NCBI GenBank assembly: GCA_951406725.2
Contig: OX597817.1
Location: 310,001-374,000 of the forward strand
Origin: Octopus vulgaris
Taxonomy: Eukaryota
Reading direction: 5' to 3'
DNA length: 64,000 bases
The notes below the pieces were generated by a model. It was not told the origin of the DNA. It saw nothing but the letters and a program-made list of their open reading frames with translations, and did not search any database. Shown here one piece after another: positions 52,292 through 64,000 of this stretch (positions within the stretch are counted from its first letter, which is position 1; every line of letters starts with the position of its first letter). A program made the position numbers and the translations under genes.

Positions 52292-54097
52292 CGCGAATTA
52301 CTAAATGGATGCCTCTGTACAAGGCGGCTATCCAGCCGCGGAAGACGGGATCAAAACCAGCCGCTATGAGGACAGCCTCCAAGTATCGATGGTCTACCCA
52401 ATCGAAAGCTTTAGACTGATCCAAATTGATCAGGGCCCCACCCATGCCAGGTTCCTTAACTACACTGTCTATGATGTAGCGCATCAGATGGAGGTTGTCA
52501 TGGATGCTCTCGCCCGGCACGGCGCACGTTTGCGCCTTGTTTACCAGTTTCTCGATGACAAGCGCCACCCTCTTTGCTAACACCTTGGCCAAAATGTTCG
52601 AGTTTGCATTGAGTAGAGTGATGGGCCTTCGGCTCTTCGGCTCTTCGGCTCACAAAACGGGGATGCTCCCGTTTTGCTGTCAGTTGCAGTACACTGCTGC
52701 CAAGACGTCTCCAAACAAGTATGGCATACAACTGTAAAGCTCGTAGAGTAGACCATCCAAACCCGGTGATTTGTCCCTCGAGCATTCTGCTATCGTGCCC
52801 TGCACTTCCGCCGCCGTGATGGCACCTTCGCAGCACTCTACCTCTCTTGTCGTGAGTCGTTGCAGGCTGTGCAGGTAGGTACTGAAGTTCACCCTCCGTT
52901 CTCACTCACCACTCGACGCGAACAGTCGGGCAACATGCTGTTGAATGGCCTCACGCATTTTACTTGGCTCGAGTAATTCGCGCCCTTGTTCATCTACCAG
53001 AGACCGAATAGGGGCTTTCCGTTGCGCCTCCGCCATCCGGGCCTCTCTCGCGAAACACCTCCGTTCCTTAGAGCATGCATCCTAGCCCTGACAACACACC
53101 TTTCGTGCTTGGTGTTGAAGTGTTGGTCGAGGGCCAACCTCGCCGCCAAAATGTCGGATGCGATGCCACTTCTAATCGCCTCTTCTAGCTTCTTAACTAG
53201 GTCACTCTCTACTCTGTTTCTATCTATGGCTAGTGCTTTGCTATACCTAATCACTTCTGCTTTTATTCCTCTCTTGAGAGCAAACCACCATTTGTTGTTG
53301 ATGATGGCTCCCGCCAAAGCCCTCTTTACTAGCGTGCTAATCCGGTCTCTGAAAACCTGTCTCGACGAGAAAGACGCGTTTAGTTTCCAGTAACCGGGAC
53401 CCTGCCTATGTGTCGTATTTAAGTCTAGCGTACACGTCACAAGTTTGTGATCCGTGTGGAATTGTGGACACCCTACGCTATCTCTATCTACTATCCTACA
53501 CAGTATCCTATCTAGATACGATCTCGACGACCCGATGCGGTTGCTCCATGTCCACGTTGGCGCATTCGGGTGGTTGAGTCGGTACCTGTCAGACAGTTGA
53601 AAGCGTCTAAGCAGGTCTCTGAGGCATTTGCATGCCCGTCTATTCCTATCTCTGCCCACGTAGTCTAGATGCGTGTCCAAGATAGCATTCCAATCCCCCA
53701 CTAAAAGTAAAGGACGAGACGTTCCTAGGAATACTTCTAGACGTCGAAAGAAATTCGGCCGACCTGTTAAAGGCGGTGCGTAGACTGATACGAGTCGAAA
53801 AGTGTACCCATTGCAGCCGTCGACATCCAGGACAACCAGTCTACCCTACCACCACCACCCCGGGTCTACGAATATTGTCTTTACTTCTAGATCCAGACTC
53901 TAGTACCGCCGTGTCACAACCGCCCATTCTCGGCAGACAGGGAGAAAAATAAATGTTAAACTGTCCGCCAAACATGGAATTTAGGTCCTGTGGATTAAGG
54001 AGTCTGGTCTCACTTATGGCTATGATTTCTAGTTCATGTGACTTTATGTCGTTTAAGAGGTACCCTTCTTTCCAAGCCACGCGCATTCACACAACTA
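52292..54097 (-). mobile_element. Tx1-like LINE ORF2 5' half (APE + RT start), 3'-broken
   Basis: [47 protein letters not shown]. Confidence 0.9.
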
Positions 54098-54098
54098 A

Positions 54099-54120
54099 GA
54101 TAGATAGATAGCTAGCTGGC

Positions 54121-54187
<67 letters not shown>

Positions 54188-54299
54188 GTAGGTAGGTAGG
54201 TAGGTAGGTAGGTAGGTAGGTAGGTAGGTTTGTATGTAGGTAGGTAGGTAGGTAGGTAGGTAGGTGGGTAGGTAGGTTGGTAGATAGATAGATAGATAA

Positions 54300-54339
<40 letters not shown>

Positions 54340-54384
54340 GTAGGTAGGTAGGTAGGTAGGTAGGTAGGTGGGTAGGTAGGTTGG

Positions 54385-54450
<66 letters not shown>
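54099..54450. repeat. (GATA)n/(GGTA)n compound microsatellite between Tx1 copies
   Basis: Direct reading; further (GATA)n tracts at 55650-55737 and 58664-58762. Confidence 0.95.
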
Positions 54451-54451
54451 T

Positions 54452-55649
54452 GTTTCTTTATTAGCCACACAGGGCTGCACACAGATAGAACAAATTACAA
54501 GGTAGAGCTTTTCTTTTGAAGGTTTAAAAAAAAAAAAAAAAAAAGGAAGGGGGAGTTTCGATCAAAAGGGATCGTAAAAGGAGAGAAAGAGGACAAAAAA
54601 AAGGGGGGGTTAAAAAAAGGGGGGGAGGAAAAAAAAAAAAAAAAAATTGATCAATAGGGATCGTTATCACAGAAATGTCAATATGAAGTGTAAAGGGGAG
54701 GACAGGTGAGGTTTACCCGTGCAAAGAAAAGCCTACGGAAAAGACCACGGTAACCTCGGTCAATGATGTCACATTTTATATTTCTTTTTTTTTTTTTTGC
54801 AAATAAGCAACTCTCTGTTTTCGATTTCTGGGTTCATAGGACTATGCTCAAGGTGGCTTCGTCATTCATACGTGCCATTCTTGCTACATTCACCCATCTT
54901 TTTTTAAAACGTTCGCTAGACAAAACTTGCCTCTCTACTCTCACTTTCCTTTTCAAGTGGTACTTGAAGAAGTTGATGAGAGATTGACCAGAGAGGAAAG
55001 TGTTTGTCTCCAATCCTTTCAGACGCGTCCACCAGATACATTCTTTCGCCATAGCCACAAGGATGATGAAAATAGCTCTTCCTTCCCGTTTGAAGGAAGG
55101 AGGCGTGACAATATTGACGATAGACTCAGCTGATAAACCGACTCGTCCCACACGTGACAGCAGTTGTTCGACATAAGCCCACAGGTCGGAAATTGTTGGA
55201 CACTGAACGAGTGCGTGCAGAACGGTTTCGTCGCTCTGACCGCATCTCGGGCAGGTCGGCCCCGTGTTTCTCGAGCCGTGTCTGTAGAGCTTATCCCGAA
55301 CGGGTAGCGCTTCTCGGTAGCACTGCCAGGCCAGGGATCTCTGGAAGTTGTCCATGGGCCCTGGCCCGAAAGTCGTCCTGAACAGGCGGGTCAGGTACTC
55401 CTCGTCGACGTCCAGGTTCGCCCCGAGCTCGTCGTCGTACCTCCCCTCCACTAAACCCCTATAGAATGCTTTGGTTGTGTTGAAGTCACTTAAGGTCGAC
55501 CCAGGACGGCAGAGTTGCTTGAGAGCAACGCGACACTCGCGGTGCCATTCGCCCTTCCTCGGCCTCTTTTTGATCCACGACTGCAGTTCGGTCATGGAGA
55601 CGAGTTGCGGGAAAGCGTGCCTCACAAACGGCGACCACACCTGTTCACC
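54452..55649 (-). mobile_element. Tx1-like LINE, 5'-truncated copy
   Basis: zf-RVT CPRCGQSDETVLHALVQC; 3'UTR ends ccctgtgtggctaataaagaaa, then (TATC)n. Confidence 0.92.
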
Positions 55650-58763
<3,114 letters not shown>

Positions 58764-59296
58764 GCAGACTCAACACATGCACACACTGATATATTTTGAA
58801 TACGTCAAAATAACTGATAGAAATTAATGTAAATTCTCCGAATTCTTTGTCTTAGCTGAGTTTTTAAGAAATTCTGGTTGATTTGTTGAAGTTAACCACC
58901 AAAATATCGATCTTAACGACGGCTGTTTTACTATTTTTTTTATATTATATCTCCAACTATAGTAAAGATATTGTTGCTTGTTATAATCCTTTACCTGGTT
59001 TAACACCACTTACTGAATTTTGTGTGTTTTCAGTGGAGTCAGTTCTGTTGCTAGTATTCAGGTCTAGATTCCAGTTGAAAGATAAGTTTCTCTCTTCGTT
59101 CCTCCATTCAACGAGATCTTCGATTTTAATTTTTACTTGTTTCAGTCATTGGACTGCGGCCCGAAACGAACCGAACCCAATACTTATTTCCTAAGCTTGG
59201 TACTTATTCTATCAGTTTCTTTTCCCGAACTGCAAAATTACGGGAACATAAACAAACACCGGTTGTCAAACACAGACATACACATTGATGTATATA

Positions 59297-59541
59297 TATA
59301 TTGTATAGAGGGCATTATTACACATAAATGCCTCACGCTAAGAGGGACATAAGTCATTACTACCAAAATTTCACTAATCGTACCTAATGCAGTTTTCAAA
59401 GCAGGACATTTAAAAAATTCATTTTTTAAATGTCCTGCTTGAAAACTGCATTAGGTACGATTAGTGAAATTTTGGTAGTAATGACTTATGTCCCTCTTAG
59501 TGTGAGGCATTTATGTGTAATAATGCCCTCTATACAATATA
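59297..59541. repeat. near-perfect ~245-bp fold-back palindrome inserted in the TA tract of a SINE
   Basis: ~122-bp arms, centre at 59419-59420, one indel and one substitution between arms. Confidence 0.92.
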
Positions 59542-59661
59542 AATTAATATTTTCAAAGGAAAAAAAATTATTTTCAAATTTTTTCTCTTATGAGGTTTTT
59601 CACGCTAACTACCTGATAATTTCTTGTTAAGATTCCTTATTAAGAAGTTATCCTTAATTAT

Positions 59662-59743
<82 letters not shown>

Positions 59744-59769
59744 GTTTAAATATTTGTTGTGCAAGATAT

Positions 59770-61300
59770 AGACTGACATGTAATACTGAATACTTAGATA
59801 AACATAATCGTAGTAGTTTCTGCCCCAGTAGATGTTTAAGAGGTAGACCGCCCACAATTACTTCTATGGCTAGGAAGACACATATAGAAAGATGGCGCGG
59901 ATGGACCAGAGCCATACGGAGCCCCGCAAATGTCCATCAGATAAAGAAAATGATCGCACATGCACTAGGAGCTAGTATAATAATTACCCTAAAAGGCCAC
60001 ACGTTTAAGTTTAATAATAAAATATATGCCCAGGACGAGGGGGCAGCCATCGGCGTTAGTATCGCTGGTGATGTGGCCAACCTTTTCATGGTATGGTGGG
60101 ACAGAAGGCTTAAAGAACGCCTAACACAGAACTCCATACTCGTAAACATGTACTCTCGCTATGTTGATGATATCAACATAGTGGTAAAGGCACCCCCACA
60201 AGAGAGTAATGTTGATATAGTAATAGAAACTAATACTATGGAGAGCATCCAGCAAATAGCTAACTCCATCCACCAGAGTATTAAGGTCACAATAGACTAC
60301 CCCACTAAACACCCCAACCATAGACTATCAGTACTAGACACTGAACTCTGGCTAGAAATTGTGAATAATAAAACCCAAATCCTTCATTCATACTATGCCA
60401 AACCTATGGCCTCAAGATACTTGATCCACCGGAACTCAGCCATTGCGGACAATGCCAAATTCAATATTTTGATGGCAGACCTCGTCAGAATAATGAGAAA
60501 TGTGTCATGCATGTGCGAGCCCACAGAATTAAAGAGACACATACAATATTTCATTCACCGCATGCAGTTCTCAGGTTACAGCCATAAAGAAAGGATCAGA
60601 GTATACAAAGGAGCCATTAAGAAATTTGATAATATATTATGTAATAATAGGAATGGTATTTGCCCACTCTATAGGAACAAGTCATGGAACACTATAGAAA
60701 GGACAAAAAAGAAAATAGGAAGGCCAACTCTTGGTATGATAGCCATAAATACCAGAGTGTCATGTTCGTTGACACCACCCCTGGAGGTGAACTGGCGTAT
60801 CGCTTTAGAAGGACCCTAGACAAACTTAAGCTAAGAATTAAGGTTGTTGAAAAGCCAGGCAACCCTATCAAATCTATAATTGGTAGAACCTACCCTTTTA
60901 GTAGAACCCCTGTACGGATAAGTACAGTACTGTATGTAGATTTAGCCCACAAACAAACTGTAAAGCCAGAAATGTAGTCTATAGTATAAGATGTATAGAG
61001 GGACGATGCAGTAACAAGACAACGACATACGTAGGGGAAACGGCAAGAAGCATAGGAGAGCGGGTAAATGTGCATTGGAGACAACTCAAGGAAGGTAAAA
61101 GCTCATCGATTCTGTACCAACACGCCGAACAAGAACACGGGGGATCAATCAATAACATAGAAATTAAAATATTATCCACACATAGATCAGATGCAACAAT
61201 TAGACAAATTACAGAAGCTACACACATAATAGAAAATAAACCTAGCCTGAATAGAAAACTAGAATGGAGCACTAACACACACCACAACATATGACGATAG
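59770..61300 (+). mobile_element. Penelope-like element, 5'-truncated (RT + GIY-YIG)
   Basis: GAAIGVSIAGDVANLFM, YSRYVDDI, YVGETARS; same family as 28840-31140. Confidence 0.9.
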
Positions 61301-61360
61301 AGGATCCTGAAAACATAATAAATACACAGATAAATAAATAAACTAATAGAAATAAATAAC

Positions 61361-61397
<37 letters not shown>

Positions 61398-61779
61398 GTA
61401 TATGTATATGTATATATATATATGTATATATATATATAAATATTTTTTTTTTCGATTTAATTTATTATTATTATTACTAGTATTGTTGTTATACGTACAT
61501 ACATACATACATACATACATACATACATACATACATACATACAAGCATATGTAATGATAATAATGGGTGGATGTAAACACATGAACATATAAAATTACAA
61601 ATTACATGAACATATATAAACAGAAGATACAAATATTACAGGCATCCCCCACATACACACACTAAATAAACATAAACGCACATAGAGATATAAGCATGCG
61701 CAAATGAAAACATACAATAGAAATACAAAATGGCTGACGGTTAGTAAGGAGAGACACAAATAAGTGAGAAGAAAACAAA

Positions 61780-61824
61780 GGACCACTGATGCGGTCACAG
61801 GAGTGTGACGAAAGAACTCTGGCC
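61780..61824 (+). ncRNA. minimal hammerhead downstream of the PLE ORF (A9C-mutated core)
   Basis: ggacca CTGATGC g gtcaca ggag tgtgac GAAA gaac TC tggcc. Confidence 0.6.
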
Positions 61825-61936
61825 GAAATAAGATTAAGATTAATGTAAAAAATAAATAACACTGAAGCAAAGTAACACCAAATATATAGTGCGTGTGTTT
61901 TTATTGGCTAAACTGGCAAAATGACCATTCCTAAAT

Positions 61937-62013
<77 letters not shown>

Positions 62014-62067
62014 CATACATACATACATACATACATACATACATACATACATACATACATACATACA

Positions 62068-62101
<34 letters not shown>

Positions 62102-62589
62102 CATACATACATACATACATACATACATACATACACGACGGGCTTTTCTTAGTTTCTTTCTACCAAATTCACTCACAAAGCATTTGTCGGCTCGGGGCTA
62201 TAGTAGAAGACACTCGGCCAAAGCGCCAGACAGTGGGACTGAACCCGATCTCATTTGGTTGATCATATAGAAAACGCAGAAAGTAGAAAACGGAAAACGA
62301 AAATACGAAAACTAAAATGTAGAAAGTAAAAAGTAAAAATAAAGGGAAAGCGCTATCCTTCTTAGACCTTAAATTATAGGGCTGGAAAGATATCAACAAG
62401 TCAGTCAGGAATAGGCGGAATTTCTAACTCCTCAATATACGAGGAAGTATATTTATACATATTTGTAAATTTCAGACCTGTAGTTCAGTAGAGAGTTGGG
62501 GACCTTACATATGAACAGGATCTGCGTTCTTTTCGCTTAACAATTTTTGAGAAATCTGCCCCCTATTATAACAATGCCTTAGCCAATAG

Positions 62590-63000
62590 TGACTTCAAAG
62601 ATTCTATCCATTAACATAGGTATGGATTTCCCAATTACTTTTCGTTATGTTTCGTTATCTTTCAAATATCATACGTAGCTAGCCAACTTAGTAGTTTTAC
62701 TTTTGTCTTTATGTCAGAAAGAAGCTATGTGATTGGCATAGTGATTTTTAAGTTCACCATAACATAATCCAATATAAGTCTTCTTATCTGTTGTAGTGAC
62801 GGTAACTTCTACCTCATATATGATAGATTTAATCGTACATCGTTGGTCAAGTGGACAGGATTCTGGGTCGCCACAGTTGCAACTGGATTTAGGCTCTTGG
62901 TATTGACCACGTGTAATGATGCTCTTCATATTGGGACAGCAGCCATATGATAATTTCATAGAATGCCTATTAAATATTTTCCTGTATCCGTGAGTTGCTG
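62590..63000 (-). mobile_element. Penelope-like GIY-YIG fragment
   Basis: KLSYGCCPNMKSII..CNC..CPLDQRC..IIYEVEV..YIGLC..YANHIASF. Confidence 0.85.
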
Positions 63001-63103
63001 GAAAGTGTTTGTCTAGGAGACAGGAATTTACCTAAGCTAGTTTTTATATTAAGAGAAAAGGAAGGAGCGAACCAAATAATTTTCTTTGGCCTCTTCTTAG
63101 TTC

Positions 63104-63322
<219 letters not shown>

Positions 63323-63364
63323 GGGATCTTTGAAGTTTTCGTCACTGCTTACAATTATTCTCTG

Positions 63365-64000
63365 TTACTCTTTTACTTTTTTCAGTCATGTGACTGTGGC
63401 CATGCTGGAGCCTTTAGTCGAGCAAATCGACCCCAGGACTTATTCTTTCTACGCCTAGTACTTATTCTATCGGTTTCTTTTTGCCGAACCGCTATGTTAC
63501 GGGGACGTAAACACACCAGCATAGTTCTCAAGCAATATTGGGAGGACAAACACAGACACACAAACATATACACTTAATCGGCCGAGGTTGCGAGGATGAT
63601 CTGGTTCTTGACTGATGACTATAATTATCATCATCATCTTTATACTAAGAATCACACATTGTTGATTTTTAAAATGTTGTTAGTCTTGTTTACACGCAAA
63701 ACCCTCACAACACACACTCACACATACACGCATTATTTTGTTTTGTCGTTTTTTCTGTCGTCTTCTGGATGTTTCACGTTCTTGTCCCAATTTGTGTTTT
63801 TTTAACGTTTACATATATATATATGTATATATATATATATACATATATACGACGGGCTTCTTTCAGTTTCCGTCTACCAAATCCACTCACAAGGCTTTGG
63901 TCGGCCCGAGGCTATAGTAGAAGACACTTGCCCAAGTTGCCACGCAGTGGGACTGAACCCAGAACCATGTGGTTCGTAAGCAAGCTACTTACCACACAAC
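63365..64000 (-). mobile_element. octopus SINE halves (63365-63570 and 63848-64000), separated by an insertion
   Basis: Match to the 894-1373 family. Confidence 0.75.

Overview
Eukaryotic, repeat-dense genomic DNA, almost certainly an octopus (Octopus sp.); this is inferred from the tRNA-derived SINE families, the RTE LINEs with (GAT)n tails and the very high TA/TG/TATG/GATA microsatellite load. Most ORFs in the track are microsatellite or antisense artefacts. The only recognisable host-gene sequence is one CCDC124/Lso2 coding exon (minus strand, 16251-16409). The rest is nested mobile DNA: RTE, CR1, Penelope-like (RT/GIY-YIG), R4/Dong-like and Tx1/L1-like retroelements, Helitron fragments, MITEs and SINEs. 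Highlights: (1) a non-coding, highly structured 356-357 nt unit at 9646-10458, present as two diverging, more-than-monomer copies, carrying a minimal type I hammerhead ribozyme with a compensatory U3-A8 core (retrozyme-like, circular-RNA candidate); (2) further hammerheads, some also U3-A8, in Penelope-type repeats, often as fold-back insertions in (TA)n; (3) a 7-kb head-to-tail array of R4/Dong-like elements in (TAA)n that is fused to a degenerate (CCCTAA)n tract; (4) a head-to-tail array of Tx1-like elements in (GATA)n, with an ORF1-only element and a SINE sharing their 3' tail. Family assignments come from motif recognition by eye, and the ends of degenerate elements are approximate.
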